DNA from: Candidatus Electrothrix sp. GW3-4
Lineage (GTDB): Bacteria; Desulfobacterota; Desulfobulbia; Desulfobulbales; Desulfobulbaceae
NCBI RefSeq assembly: GCF_037902255.1
Contig: NZ_CP147990.1
Coordinates: 30,001 to 62,000, forward strand
Reading direction: 5' to 3'
Length of the DNA stretch: 32,000 nt
The position numbers and the translations under genes are program-made. Positions 13,464 to 24,175 of the stretch are shown one piece after another (position 1 is the stretch's first letter; each line of letters starts with the position of its first letter). Below the pieces are notes generated by a model that was given only the letters and a program-made list of their open reading frames with translations, was not told the DNA's origin and did no database searches.

Positions 13464-16250
13464 TTAAAAAGGCCTCCGGTTGTCCGAGTTGCCTATCTCA
13501 CCAAAGGAGCTTGCCATCGCTTTGAAGTGCTGAATGTCCTTTCCTTTATTTCCTTTGATATCGTTCGTCTTTAAAAAGATGTCTGAGAGCGTTTCGTGCG
13601 GATAACCAACAACCGTACCGCCACTTCTGCTCCTTTCGGATTTGTTGTTATTGGTTATAATATTTCCTTGGCTGATAAGGCCATTTTTATGAAGAGAGGA
13701 AATAAATATGCCGGATTGCTGGTTACTGTGTATCGAATTATTGCTGATACGAATCTTGCTCTCCTCTTCGGCATAGACCGCGTTGGCGGTGCCAGGATTA
13801 ATAGCAATGCCCACCGTGTTGTCACGTATTTCGTTGTTTTCGATTTGTGGATACGCCTCTTCCCTGATGCCTATGCCCACATAGTTATTGTATATGGTGT
13901 TCCCCCTGAGGGTTGGCTTGGAAAGGCCGCGGACGCCAATACCTGTTACCTTATTATTGTATATTTCATTGTCATAGATCTCCCCATAGGTGCCCAGGCC
14001 GTGACTGACGCCGATCCCGTTATTAAAGATGAAATTATTGTGGATCTTGGCCTTTTCTGTAAAGCGTTTATGGCCATGGATGCCGATCCCCACATGTTTA
14101 TTGCCGCGAATTTTATTATTGAAAATCTCTGGACTGGAGTTCAGGATTTGCAGGCCGTGACCGAAGATGCCCGTTCCTCCCCCGGTGACAACAAAGCCCT
14201 CCATTTTTCCTGAGGTCATATTGTCGAGATAACAGATGAACACGGTGGCATCGTTATTATCTTCTCCGCCTCCATCAATAACTGGCCAACCTACGCCGAT
14301 GAGGTCGACCACCTTGTCAACGATGATCTTTTCTTTATATACCCCGGCATTGACGATGATTTGATCATGGGGCTCCGCAGTATCAAGAGCACTTTGGATG
14401 GTTGGATATTCATCCGGGACGATCCGTTGCCCGATAAAGCGGGTTTGTTGGGAACAGATATGGGCTGTATCGGCCTCGCTGTACTTCTTGCCGTTGTACA
14501 CCTGAAGCTGCACTGTATAGCAGCCAGGAGCGTCCAGCATAAAGTTCGGTCTTGCTGCATAGGCATCGGCAAGGCGTGTTTGGCTCGCAGCGGGCTTGCG
14601 AATGATTTTCCAGAAAAAGTTGAGTTCATTGCCGTTCTGTTTCTTTTTATCATAGGCAGAGAGCTTGACCGTGTCTCCGACGTTCACCTGCCCCATCTGT
14701 TTGCTTATTTTGGCCGTTGGTGGTTTGTCTGGATCAACTTGCAGGGTAACTCGTTTGGGACTGCTGTGGAGTCCCCAGCGGTCAGTCACATCCAGTCGTA
14801 CCCGATAGGTGCCGCCTTTATCAAAGGCGAGCTTGGTCTTTCCCTTTGTTGCAGCCGATAAGGTTGCTGTGCTCCCTGGGGGTTTGTTCTCCAGGGACCA
14901 GGCATAAGAGATCTCGTCCCCGTTGGGATCCCTGCTCACTTCCCCGTTGAGGATGATTTTTTTTCCTACGTATAAGCGTTGGTCAGGAAAAACGATATCC
15001 GCTATAGGGGTCAAGTTGGCAGGCCGTTCTTCTTGTAAGGTGGAAGGACCGCCATAGACACCCATATCATTTCTGTCAGCGCCCAGGGACGGTCCAAAGT
15101 TTTTATCGTTAAAACTGACGTCAGGATCTCCGCTATCAATGGCCGGGGAACCGGGCTGGAGATGGTAGTTGTGTTGGGCTGGGTTGACAAAGAGGGGGTC
15201 ATTCAGGATGTTTTTGCTCTTTTCCAGACTGACGATATCTTCATGTCCTCCAAACTGAAGGCGAGTGTACCAGAGGAAATCAGGATGGAAACCATTGATC
15301 TTATTATTGGCAAAGAGAAGGTTATGGGAATAGCCTGAGCCGTTGGAGTGAATACCTGCCTCTCCGTTATGGGTGATGATGTTGTTTTTTATTTCCGGAA
15401 CCTGTACTTCAGCAGTGGTTTCGTCAACAAGGGGCTCACCAATGGAGATTCCGGCAAGTTCGTTGTTGGTGACTGTGTTATTGGCAATGAGCATCGGTGT
15501 GGCCGCAGCGCGTATACCGGCATAGCCGTTTTCATAGATAATGTTATTACGGATGACGCCTGTTGCCCAGCTTGCATTGATTCCTGCTCTCTTATTATTG
15601 TTGAGGGTGTTGTTGGATATGTTTATTGTCGACAGTTCAGTGCCACCGATATTGATGCCAGCTGTCAGATTATAGCTGATTTTATTGCCTTGAAGAGTAA
15701 GGGAGCTGTTCTTTTCCAGAAAGATACCTGCCTGCCCGTTACCAGCAATGGTATTATTAAGAATTGTGGCATTGCAGGTGCGGAGGAAAATACCTGCGGC
15801 ATTATTTCCTGTAATAAAGTTGTTTTTTATGGTGATAGTGATGGAGTCCGCATAGATGCCTGGTCCGATGAGCGCATTTGGGGCAATCATCGGCGCCTTG
15901 CCACCGGTGATGATAAAGCCGTCTATCACCGTATTCTCCGCACCGAAGACAGAAAATCCGCCCATGGGACTCCCCCCTAATATGGTGGAATGTGCCATGA
16001 GATCACGTTTTGTGAAATTACTGTCCCAGCTGCCTTCCAGGGTAATGCCCGGACGCAGGCTGATGCGCTCGAGATATTTTCCTGCCGCAACCCGGATGGT
16101 ATCCTTTTCCTGCGCAGCTTGAATGGCCGCACTTACGGACGGGTAATCATTGGGCACGTAAATAATCTTTGCCTGTGCAGGTGAGGAGAAGAAGGCAGCA
16201 AGGCATGTTGCTGCAATGATAAAAAAAAGATGTCGTACGAAGAGAGTCAT
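13464..16250 (-). CDS. Secreted right-handed parallel beta-helix (PbH1/NosD-like) repeat protein with central PKD-like domains
   Basis: Signal peptide MTLFVRHLFFIIAATCLAAFFSSPAQA. Many N-x-I-x-x-N-x-x-x-G-I beta-helix turns occur in both the N- and C-terminal thirds. Two Ig/PKD-like modules are present (e.g. GDEISYAWSLENKPPGSTATL...GTYRVRLDVTDRWG). Confidence 0.85.
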   Translation of the reverse strand: MTLFVRHLFFIIAATCLAAFFSSPAQAKIIYVPNDYPSVSAAIQAAQEKDTIRVAAGKYLERISLRPGITLEGSWDSNFTKRDLMAHSTILGGSPMGGFSVFGAENTVIDGFIITGGKAPMIAPNALIGPGIYADSITITIKNNFITGNNAAGIFLRTCNATILNNTIAGNGQAGIFLEKNSSLTLQGNKISYNLTAGINIGGTELSTINISNNTLNNNKRAGINASWATGVIRNNIIYENGYAGIRAAATPMLIANNTVTNNELAGISIGEPLVDETTAEVQVPEIKNNIITHNGEAGIHSNGSGYSHNLLFANNKINGFHPDFLWYTRLQFGGHEDIVSLEKSKNILNDPLFVNPAQHNYHLQPGSPAIDSGDPDVSFNDKNFGPSLGADRNDMGVYGGPSTLQEERPANLTPIADIVFPDQRLYVGKKIILNGEVSRDPNGDEISYAWSLENKPPGSTATLSAATKGKTKLAFDKGGTYRVRLDVTDRWGLHSSPKRVTLQVDPDKPPTAKISKQMGQVNVGDTVKLSAYDKKKQNGNELNFFWKIIRKPAASQTRLADAYAARPNFMLDAPGCYTVQLQVYNGKKYSEADTAHICSQQTRFIGQRIVPDEYPTIQSALDTAEPHDQIIVNAGVYKEKIIVDKVVDLIGVGWPVIDGGGEDNNDATVFICYLDNMTSGKMEGFVVTGGGTGIFGHGLQILNSSPEIFNNKIRGNKHVGIGIHGHKRFTEKAKIHNNFIFNNGIGVSHGLGTYGEIYDNEIYNNKVTGIGVRGLSKPTLRGNTIYNNYVGIGIREEAYPQIENNEIRDNTVGIAINPGTANAVYAEEESKIRISNNSIHSNQQSGIFISSLHKNGLISQGNIITNNNKSERSRSGGTVVGYPHETLSDIFLKTNDIKGNKGKDIQHFKAMASSFGEIGNSDNRRPF

Positions 16251-16470
16251 CGGAAGATCGGATAGCTGATAATTCAGTTCAACGTATTCGTATTGAAGTG
16301 AAGGGGGTTATTAAGATATACAGAATTCAGAGCCGATAGGTAGAGGCATATGGCGATGAAATAAGGAACGTACTGGATATCGGCATTTGGGATTTGTTGA
16401 GAACGTGCTTGGCAAACACAGGCTGTGGTGCAAAGGATGTTTTTTCAGGATGGCGTCTCTTTGCCCTCTC

Positions 16471-16506
16471 GAAACTCGAAACAGAGCCTGACCCTACATG
16501 GCTCTG
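16471..16506 (-). terminator. Candidate Rho-independent terminator of the 16626-17069 gene
   Basis: Read on the minus strand: CAGAGCC-11 nt-GGCTCTG followed by TTTCGAGTTTC. Confidence 0.4.
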
Positions 16507-16625
16507 TTCTATAATGCGGCATAGACTTTGTCTCAGCGGTAGGAAAGAAAGCATACCCGGATGCAAGGTCCTCTGCTCAGGATGTTGTGCAGAGCAGGTC
16601 AACAGATTCGACTCGGAATCCAAGA

Positions 16626-17069
16626 TTACAACGAGAATGACGTGCTGAACAGGTCAAAACGCCATGTTGATTCTTCCAGATCCTTATCAAACTCCTGCCG
16701 AGGAATAATTTTGCCAGGGCTTATGGCCAGGATGTTGTCATCTGTGCTGAAGTGGAGCAGGCCCTTAGGTTGTCCGTTATTCAGGTACCTCTGTCCGTAG
16801 TAAGGCGGTGGGTAATGAAAGAGACCGTACAGTAAGCCGCCTAATGCGCCCACACCCATGCCCTTTGCCATGTAGTCGGAAAAGATTTCGTCTTCATCAT
16901 TTTCACTCAGCAGGCCGATAGACAGTCCGGCAATACCACCGACAGCTGCTCCCCAAAGGCTGTCAATAAAGATAACATCGAGTGGTTGGCTACGTCCCTG
17001 TGTTGTTCCGCCTAAGATCAGAACAGCAGACAGTACGGCAATGCTTGCAGCTCTTGTCAACCAGTTCAT
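16626..17069 (-). CDS. Small secreted/membrane glycine-zipper protein (hypothetical)
   Basis: GAGGAGG RBS. N-terminal signal-like segment. Gly-zipper stretches GAAVGGIAGLSIGLL and GMGVGALGGLLYGL. Confidence 0.6.
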   Translation of the reverse strand: MNWLTRAASIAVLSAVLILGGTTQGRSQPLDVIFIDSLWGAAVGGIAGLSIGLLSENDEDEIFSDYMAKGMGVGALGGLLYGLFHYPPPYYGQRYLNNGQPKGLLHFSTDDNILAISPGKIIPRQEFDKDLEESTWRFDLFSTSFSL

Positions 17070-17494
17070 TCAAACCTCCTCTTTTGCAGCATAAGTTAAT
17101 TGAAGCTTTTCTTGCTCAGGAAAAATATTACCCCTTAAAAGCGCTCTCTCCGGGACCAAACTTCCAAATAACAACAATATAAATGTGTTGTTACTTAGAA
17201 GATATCAGGCTGATCGGCTCGCTGTGAAAGACCATCCTTTTTGTCTAGGGTCAAAACAAAAAATGGTACCACAGAAGAGATAGGCCGATAGGTGGGTAAA
17301 ATTTTATATTCCCTTATCCCTCATGTTTTAAAATAAAGCAAATTGCCACAAAATGATACTCTTTTATGCTGAAAAAAAAATTTCAGATGAGCTGTCTTCC
17401 CCTGAATATGGGCGTTGGCAAGGAGATCATGCGATAATCGGATAGATGTATAATTTTTTTTACCTGCATTTTTCTCTGTTGTTTCTTTTATGCG

Positions 17495-18049
17495 TTAGGT
17501 TAATTTTTTGGGCGGTTCTTTTTCGCCCGTCCTGGGAGAGAGTTTGGGAAGAGGAGATTCTCCGCGGCGAAAAAGGGTTTCCTGCTTTACACGGGCCAAG
17601 TAGCCAAGAAGACCTCCCCCGCCAGCGGTAAGCAACATGGAGCCAAAGGTGATAAACTGGGTGTAGAGGAGTACGCCGCCGCCCAGCACAACAAGGCCAG
17701 TGACAACGGTTCCTGTCTTGATATTTGCCATTGCATAGGCCCGCTTTGTCTCTTTCAGCATCTCCTTATTCTTTTTATTGGCAAGCCTGTTTTTCTGCCG
17801 CTCCGCATTGACCCGGAGTTTTTCCCGCTCCTTGGCATGGGCCTCTTTGAGCGATTCCATGGCCGCAAAGTTATGTTGGCGGGCAAGGGCGGAAAACCAG
17901 AGGGCCATCAGGAGAATAAAGGCGATATCCAGGGCGATCAGGGCAAAGAGGAGATGGTTTTCGCTGGAGGGACTCCCTGTGATGACAAGGTATGCAAGTC
18001 CTGCTGTCACTACCTGGAGGATAATGATTCCAGGAAGAAATTTAATCAT
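17495..18049 (-). CDS. Hypothetical integral membrane protein (about 4 TM segments with a central basic coiled-coil-like stretch)
   Basis: Hydrophobic segments are FLPGIIILQVVTAGLAYLVI, LLFALIALDIAFILLMALWF, VVTGLVVLGGGVLLY and MLLTAGGGGLLGYL. The central segment is KEREKLRVNAERQKNRLANKKNKEM. No clear RBS. Confidence 0.55.
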   Translation of the reverse strand: MIKFLPGIIILQVVTAGLAYLVITGSPSSENHLLFALIALDIAFILLMALWFSALARQHNFAAMESLKEAHAKEREKLRVNAERQKNRLANKKNKEMLKETKRAYAMANIKTGTVVTGLVVLGGGVLLYTQFITFGSMLLTAGGGGLLGYLARVKQETLFRRGESPLPKLSPRTGEKEPPKKLT

Positions 18050-18132
18050 AGCAAAATATGAACGTTTATTGCAAAGCTCCAGAGCTGCTCCTCCGCGGCT
18101 TGCGGTGTCCTTGGGAAATCCTTCAGTCTACT

Positions 18133-18310
18133 CTCCCGTCCCTTGGAACGGGAGTTTTTATATGGAAGTACCGACGACTCCTTGGAGTCGTCCGATCAAC
18201 TTTCATGCTTTGTTGTCCCTTCCCAGAGGGGAGGGCGTTATATGAAAATAGTCGGCGAAGCCTGATCAGGCTTCCATCTGGTCCTGTTGTCTTGTCCCGG
18301 CTCGCCGGGA
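18133..18310. repeat. Cluster of five GC-rich hairpins/palindromes in one intergenic region
   Basis: Five elements:
- CTCCCGT-N8-ACGGGAG+TTTTTA (18133-18160)
- GACGACTCC-TT-GGAGTCGTC (18173-18192)
- CCCTTCCC-AGA-GGGGAGGG (18217-18235)
- perfect 18-bp palindrome GAAGCCTGATCAGGCTTC (18257-18274)
- TCCCGGC-TC-GCCGGGA (18295-18310). Confidence 0.7.
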
Positions 18311-18316
18311 TGTGAA

Positions 18317-20053
18317 TTATTGTGCAACCAACAGCTCAATCGCCTCAACAAGCCGTATGAACTCTGCCCGATAGCCTTCTTCGTCCTTGTCTTTTGCACC
18401 CTTGGCCTGGGTCAGGATCTGGGGCCAGCTGATGCCGTCAGCATGCTTGGAGTCGCTGAGCAGCATCCCGAAACCGGCAACAGCGGCGGCAAAACGAAAA
18501 TCATTGCTGGTCTCCTCCAGAGTGATGTCGTTATCCTTGACCACCCTGCTGAGCAGGACAGATTCGGTTGCCTGGAGTGGTTTATAACGGAGTTTGATGG
18601 TCATCAACTCATCAGCATATTGGCTCTCTGAGGTTTGCTTCGTCTTCTGATATTTGAGGGGGTCTACCGTTGGTTGGCCTGTAGCGCCAACCGGAATCAA
18701 TTCGTACAGGGCCGTGACCGTGTGTCCCACCCCGATCTCACCGGCGTCCTTTTGGTCGTCGTTAAAGTCTTCATCAGCAAGGGCCCGGTTTTCATAGCCA
18801 ATGAGCCTGTAGGCATCGACCTGTGCCGGGTTGAATTCCACCTGGATTTTGACATCCTTGGCCAAGGCAAAGAGCGTGCCACTCATCTCCTTGACCATGA
18901 CTTTTTTTGCCTCCAACAGGTTGTCGATATAGGCATAGTTGCCGTTGCCCTTATCGGCCAGGATCTCCATGGTGTCATCATGATAGTTGCCCATGCCGAA
19001 GCCGAGGACTGTCAGGTAGACGCCAGATTTCCTCTTCTCCTCAACCAGTTTCTGCAGTTCGCCACGACTGGTGATGCCCACATTGAAGTCGCCGTCTGAG
19101 GCAAGGATGATCCGGTTATTGCCGTTGGGAAGAAAGGATTGTGCTGCCAATTGGTAGGCCGTGAGAATGCCGCTGGAGGCGTGGGTTGAGCCACCGGCAC
19201 CGAGTGCATCAATGGCAGCGGTGATTTTCTGCTGTTCGGAACCGGGGGTCGGGGGCAGCATGACCTGGTCATGGCCAGCATAGACCACCAGGGCAATCCG
19301 ATCGTTCTTGCCCAGTTGTTTGACCAGCATCTTCATGGATTTTTGCAGGAGAGGAAGCTTGTTGGGCGAGGACATGGATCCTGAGACGTCGATCAAAAAG
19401 ACGAGGTTCGATGGGGGCAGATCTTTTTTGTCCATATCCTTTGCCTTCAGGCCGATGCGAACCAGTTTGTGGCTGTCATTCCAGGGACAGGGGCCAAGCT
19501 CTGGGGTCACCGAAAAAGGATGCTCATTATCCGGTTGGGGATAGGTGTAAGAAAAATAGTTGATCAGCTCCTCAATGCGGACAGCACCCTTGGGTGGAAT
19601 TCTTCCCTCATTGATAAAACGGCGTACATTGCTGTAGGAGGCGGTATCCACGTCAATGGAGAAGGTGGACAGGGGATCGTTGGTCGTGTTGATGAATCCG
19701 TTCTCGTTCTGTGCGTTATATGATTCTGTGTTCCACTTAGGTGTGGGCTGGCTGGTTATGGAGGGGGATGGGGGGCTTGGGAGAGCAGCAGAAGAAAAAC
19801 GGTTGAGTCCTTTTCCGTTGCTCGCAGAGGTTCTCATCTCTTGCAGTCGAGCTTTTTCGCGCGGCCTGTTGTCCTGCGGTGATAGCGTTGATTCGTCATG
19901 TATTCCAATTGCCTCATCCTCTGTCGTGTCAAGATCAACACTCGTTTCCTGCCGTACTATATCCTTTTTCGGGGATTTTTTTTGGGGAGGTTCAGAAGAA
20001 CAGGCGATTAGGGTAAGCAAGAGGATAACCGGAGTGGCTTTTTTAATATTCAT
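18317..20053 (-). CDS. YfbK-like von Willebrand factor type A (vWA) domain lipoprotein
   Basis: Lipobox LLTLIAC. DPLSTFSIDVDTASYSNVRRFINEGRIPPKGAVRIEELINYF is the typical N-terminal module of YfbK-type proteins. The vWA MIDAS motif is LIDVSGSMS. GGAG RBS. Confidence 0.9.
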   Translation of the reverse strand: MNIKKATPVILLLTLIACSSEPPQKKSPKKDIVRQETSVDLDTTEDEAIGIHDESTLSPQDNRPREKARLQEMRTSASNGKGLNRFSSAALPSPPSPSITSQPTPKWNTESYNAQNENGFINTTNDPLSTFSIDVDTASYSNVRRFINEGRIPPKGAVRIEELINYFSYTYPQPDNEHPFSVTPELGPCPWNDSHKLVRIGLKAKDMDKKDLPPSNLVFLIDVSGSMSSPNKLPLLQKSMKMLVKQLGKNDRIALVVYAGHDQVMLPPTPGSEQQKITAAIDALGAGGSTHASSGILTAYQLAAQSFLPNGNNRIILASDGDFNVGITSRGELQKLVEEKRKSGVYLTVLGFGMGNYHDDTMEILADKGNGNYAYIDNLLEAKKVMVKEMSGTLFALAKDVKIQVEFNPAQVDAYRLIGYENRALADEDFNDDQKDAGEIGVGHTVTALYELIPVGATGQPTVDPLKYQKTKQTSESQYADELMTIKLRYKPLQATESVLLSRVVKDNDITLEETSNDFRFAAAVAGFGMLLSDSKHADGISWPQILTQAKGAKDKDEEGYRAEFIRLVEAIELLVAQ

Positions 20054-20277
20054 GACAAGCTCCTGTTTGTTTTCCTGATGGCAGCGAAAATGTTTGTCGG
20101 TTTCTTTGCTTTTCGGTTTTGGAAGTGTAGAATGATATATTATGCATTAAATTTCCCCCTATTTATTACACGATGAGAAAAGAAACGGCAATACATTTGG
20201 ATATATTCCCCTGCTCGTCCTTTATAACGATGGGCTGGGAGTGCTGTGGAGGCAGGTGGGGATGAAGATAGCGCTGC

Positions 20278-23200
20278 ATGTTCAAGGCAGACATGAAGGA
20301 GAAGCATAGAGGCATGAAGCAGAAGAGAGAGAAGGGTGCTGTGGCGGGGATGCTTCCCCAGGGAGTCTATGCTATTAAAAAAGATATATTTTGCTATATC
20401 CTGGCTGGAATGACCTTGCTGGGGTTGGTCTATCTCTTCTCGATTTTTTGGATGTATCGACAGCAGGATGCAGCCCGTTATCAGGAATGGAAACAAACCG
20501 TTGATGATATTTATTCCAACCGCCTCAGCGAAGCAGAGAAAAATCTGAAAGCACTTCTCTTCGTACTGCGTGAAAATCCTGTTCTTCAGCAGCAGTTTAT
20601 GGCCAGGGATCGGGAAAAACTTCTGGAGACGAGTCGTTATCTGGAGCAGAGCCTGCATCAGGACTATCATATTACCCATTTCTATTTTCATACACCGGAC
20701 AGGGTTAATTTTCTTCGGGTCCATCAACCCAAACGTCATGGAGATAAGATTGATCGTTTAACAATACGGCAGGCAGAGGAGACCGGTGACGTTGCTTCAG
20801 GGGTGGAAATCGGTCCATTGGGAACCTTGACATTGCGAGCAGTTATGCCTTGGTATGCCGGAAAACAGTTGGTCGGTTATCTGGAATTGGGCAGGGAATT
20901 GGCTTCAATTGTCTCGGCCTTCCGGCAGTCCGAGACCGTTGACGGTTATTTGCTGACGGTGAATAAACAATTTGTTGAACGGCAGGGCTGGGCCCTTGGC
21001 ATGGCCATGTTGGACCGGCCAGCTAACTGGTCTGCGTTTTCAGATAGAGTGGTCATGATAAACACCCTGCCTGAGCGGTTTGCCTATCTTGGGAGTGAAC
21101 AGGTGGAACAGCATCGGATTCAGACCTTTCTGCACCGCTTTATTTTTCCGAAAAATATGTTCTACATGATCCATGATCGACCGCTGATCGATGTTTCCGG
21201 CAGACAGTTGGGCAGCCTGATTTTTGTTCATGATGAACTCAAAGAGCTTTTGCTCGCCCGGCGGATGAATAATTTTTTTCTTCTTACCCTGCTGGGCTTA
21301 GCGGCCTTACTCCTGATTATTTATTACCATGTGTTACGCAGAACAGAACTCCAGTTGGCAGAATCCGGTGCTGTTCTGGAAGAGAGCCGTCAACAGTTGG
21401 CCCTTGCTCTGGAAGTGGCGGACCTGGGAATGTGGGATTGGCGACCGCAGCATGGTGATGTTGTCTATACGAATGATATCTTTTTTACCATGCTGGGGTA
21501 CTCCTCTGAGAAGTTATCCTTTACCATGGAACGATGGATTGAATTGATCCATCCTGATGATCTTGGCGGGACCTTGACTGTGCGTCAGCTCTTTCTCGAT
21601 AGCGATGATAGCTGTTATTGTACCGAATATAGGGTGCGTACGGTTAGTGGGCAATGGAAATGGATTAGGGATGTGGGGCGTGTGGTCAGCCGTGATCGTC
21701 TGGGACAGGCGGAGCGTTTTATGGGGGTCCATATCGATATCACCCAGAGAAAAGAGGCTGAGGCCCAGATGCAGGGAAATTATGAGCGTCTGATCACCTT
21801 TATGGAGACCTTGCCTGATGCAGCTTTTCTCAAGGACGGAGATGGCCGTTGGCAGCTGACCAATCAAACGGCAAGAGATCTTTTTGGCATGAAAGAATTT
21901 CCCTGGCAGGGACGAACGGATGTTGAGCTTGCCGAATTACGGCCTGATTGGGAACAGGCCCATCTTGCCTGTATTGTGAGTGACCAGAGGGCCTGGCAGG
22001 CCAAGGAGATGTTTTTTGACTATGAGAAAGTCCGGGGAGAAGATGAACAGGAGCGGATTTTTGAGGTCAGAAGGATGCCGTTATTTTTTCCAGATGGACA
22101 GCGTAAGGCGCTGGTTATCATTGGGCGTGATATTACCACGGAGAGGTTGGCAGAGAAAGAGCTGAAAAAGAGTGAACAATTCCTGGCTCAGACTCAGCAA
22201 ATTGCCGGGCTCGGCAGTTGGCGGCAGATTTTTTTGGATAATGAGCAGGAATGGTCGCCAGAGATGTATCGTATCCTTGAGCTTGATCCCGCAAGCACCG
22301 AGTCTTCATTGACCTCGTTTCTTGACCTCGTGCACCCCGATGACCGGCAGCAGGTCAGTGATGCCTATACGCAGTCCGTGCTCAGCAGGAGCTCTTTTTG
22401 TGTTGAACACAGGTTGTTGATGGAGGATGGGCGGATAAAATATGTGCTTGAACGGGGCGAGACGGAGTACGATGAGAACGGTAGTCCTGTGCAGTCCATC
22501 GGTTCGGTGCTTGATATTACTGCGCGGAAGAAGATAGAGCAGGAGCTTATTGAAGCACAGCAGCATGCTGAGGCCGCCAGTCAGGCGAAGTCAAAATTTC
22601 TTGCCAATATGAGCCATGAGCTTCGCACCCCGATGAACGCCATTATCGGGATGTCGAAGCTTGCCCTTGAGACAGAGCTGACAGAAGAGCAGAGGAACTA
22701 TATTGAGAAGGCCCATCTCTCTGCGGAGTTGCTGCTCGGTATCCTTAACGATATTTTGGACTTTTCCAAGATTGAAGCCGGAAAGATGAGCTTGGAAATT
22801 ATTCATTATCAGCTCCATGCTGTATTTGAAAATCTGCACAATCTCATCGGCTTGAAGGCCGCTGAAAAGGGCCTGCTCTTGCATATTGATATTGCCGATA
22901 ATGTTCCTGATGCCCTCCAGGGAGATCCCCTGCGCCTTGGCCAGATTCTGGTTAATCTGGTCAATAATGCGATTAAGTTTACGGATAAGGGGAGTGTCGC
23001 TGTCTGCGTTGAACTGATGGAGCGGGAAGAAAGTCAGGTGGTTCTCCATTTCAGTGTCACAGATACCGGCATCGGTATGAGCTCGGAGCAGCAGAAAAGG
23101 CTGTTTCAGCTTTTTAGTCAGGCAGATAGTTCAATTACCCGGAAGTATGGTGGGACTGGCTTGGGTCTTTCCATTTGCAAACGTTTGGTCAAAATGATGG

Positions 23201-24120
23201 GAGGAAAGATCTGGGCCGAGAGTGCGCAAGGTCAAGGATCTTGTTTTCATTTTATTTTGCCCCAAAAGATTGGTAATCCCCGTGCTCATCATGAGGAGTC
23301 AGCCAATATTGCAGAGGATATCAGCCGACTGCACGGGGCCAGGATTCTGCTGGTAGAAGATAATCAGATCAATCAGGAGCTTGCCGAACTTATGCTGACC
23401 CGCCAAGGTATGGAGGTGACCCTTGCCAGCAACGGTGAAGAGGCCCTAGCCGTCCTTGCTCAGCAAGAGTTTGATGGTGTGCTCATGGATATTCAGATGC
23501 CGGTGATGGACGGTTATACGGCCTGTGTAGAGATAAGAAAGGATCCCAGTTATAAAGAGCTTCCAATTATCGCCTTGACAGCAAATGTCATGGCCGGAGA
23601 TCAAGAGAAAAGCAGAAAGGCGGGGATGAATGGGCATATCGGTAAACCCTTTCGAGAAGAGGAGATGTTTGCCACTATGCTGCGTTTGATCCGACCAGCA
23701 GATTCGTTGTCCGTAAGGGAGCAGATAGAGAAAGAGCCAGAGGAGAAAACAGTCAGGAAGGAGCCTGTGAGCCTTTTTGGTCTTGCAGGTATTGAGGCTG
23801 GCAAGGGCATGAAGAACACCATGAACGATCCAGAGATTTATCGCCAGGTCTTGCAGCTCTTTCGTAAGGATCAGGGGGAGTTCTCTCAGAAGTTTCAGGC
23901 GGCGCAGGCAGGAGAGGAGCCAGATGTGCCGATCCGCTTAGCCCATACCCTGAAGGGGATCGCCGGAACCATCGGGGCAACTCAGCTGCAGGAGGAAGCC
24001 TTGCTGTTGGAGATGCTGTGTCGGGAGGATGGGGCGGGGGAGGAGAAAGAAGAGCAGTTCCGCAGGGTCAGCAGGGAATTGGATACGGTGTTTGCGGAAC
24101 TGGATCGTTTTTTTGGGTGA
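20278..24120 (+). CDS. Hybrid sensor histidine kinase/response regulator with Hpt domain
   Basis: TM helix, then a roughly 270-aa extracytoplasmic Cache-like region, then a second TM helix. Three PAS-like modules follow. The H-box is [11 protein letters not shown] (His780), with HATPase N/G boxes ([24 protein letters not shown]). REC domain is [12 protein letters not shown]...[12 protein letters not shown] (Asp1071). Hpt motif is [12 protein letters not shown] (His1223). The exact start is uncertain. Confidence 0.9.
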   Translation: MFKADMKEKHRGMKQKREKGAVAGMLPQGVYAIKKDIFCYILAGMTLLGLVYLFSIFWMYRQQDAARYQEWKQTVDDIYSNRLSEAEKNLKALLFVLRENPVLQQQFMARDREKLLETSRYLEQSLHQDYHITHFYFHTPDRVNFLRVHQPKRHGDKIDRLTIRQAEETGDVASGVEIGPLGTLTLRAVMPWYAGKQLVGYLELGRELASIVSAFRQSETVDGYLLTVNKQFVERQGWALGMAMLDRPANWSAFSDRVVMINTLPERFAYLGSEQVEQHRIQTFLHRFIFPKNMFYMIHDRPLIDVSGRQLGSLIFVHDELKELLLARRMNNFFLLTLLGLAALLLIIYYHVLRRTELQLAESGAVLEESRQQLALALEVADLGMWDWRPQHGDVVYTNDIFFTMLGYSSEKLSFTMERWIELIHPDDLGGTLTVRQLFLDSDDSCYCTEYRVRTVSGQWKWIRDVGRVVSRDRLGQAERFMGVHIDITQRKEAEAQMQGNYERLITFMETLPDAAFLKDGDGRWQLTNQTARDLFGMKEFPWQGRTDVELAELRPDWEQAHLACIVSDQRAWQAKEMFFDYEKVRGEDEQERIFEVRRMPLFFPDGQRKALVIIGRDITTERLAEKELKKSEQFLAQTQQIAGLGSWRQIFLDNEQEWSPEMYRILELDPASTESSLTSFLDLVHPDDRQQVSDAYTQSVLSRSSFCVEHRLLMEDGRIKYVLERGETEYDENGSPVQSIGSVLDITARKKIEQELIEAQQHAEAASQAKSKFLANMSHELRTPMNAIIGMSKLALETELTEEQRNYIEKAHLSAELLLGILNDILDFSKIEAGKMSLEIIHYQLHAVFENLHNLIGLKAAEKGLLLHIDIADNVPDALQGDPLRLGQILVNLVNNAIKFTDKGSVAVCVELMEREESQVVLHFSVTDTGIGMSSEQQKRLFQLFSQADSSITRKYGGTGLGLSICKRLVKMMGGKIWAESAQGQGSCFHFILPQKIGNPRAHHEESANIAEDISRLHGARILLVEDNQINQELAELMLTRQGMEVTLASNGEEALAVLAQQEFDGVLMDIQMPVMDGYTACVEIRKDPSYKELPIIALTANVMAGDQEKSRKAGMNGHIGKPFREEEMFATMLRLIRPADSLSVREQIEKEPEEKTVRKEPVSLFGLAGIEAGKGMKNTMNDPEIYRQVLQLFRKDQGEFSQKFQAAQAGEEPDVPIRLAHTLKGIAGTIGATQLQEEALLLEMLCREDGAGEEKEEQFRRVSRELDTVFAELDRFFG

Positions 24121-24135
24121 CAGATGTGGCGTTCT

Positions 24136-24163
24136 GTAGGGACACGGCATGCCGTGTCCCTAC
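24136..24163. terminator. Perfect 28-bp palindrome between convergent genes (putative bidirectional terminator)
   Basis: GTAGGGACACGGCA|TGCCGTGTCCCTAC lies between the kinase stop (24120) and the ilvD stop (24176). There is no T-run on either side. Confidence 0.5.
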
Positions 24164-24175
24164 GCGATACGCAAT

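Noticed and set aside
16327-16648. Overlapping 98-aa (-) and 84-aa (+) ORFs in the gap between the beta-helix gene and the glycine-zipper gene
   Set aside because: Neither has an RBS or a recognisable motif, and they overlap each other. The region contains the candidate terminator and presumably the beta-helix gene promoter.
16332-17295. Shared motif GCCGATAGGTRG at 16332-16343 and 17284-17295, upstream of two minus-strand genes
   Set aside because: It is only an 11/12 match. Repeats of this length are expected many times by chance in 64 kb of two-strand sequence, and no promoter geometry is attached.
18058-18315. 85-aa + strand ORF
   Set aside because: It runs straight through five consecutive hairpins in an intergenic region. 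Its composition and lack of an RBS argue against coding.
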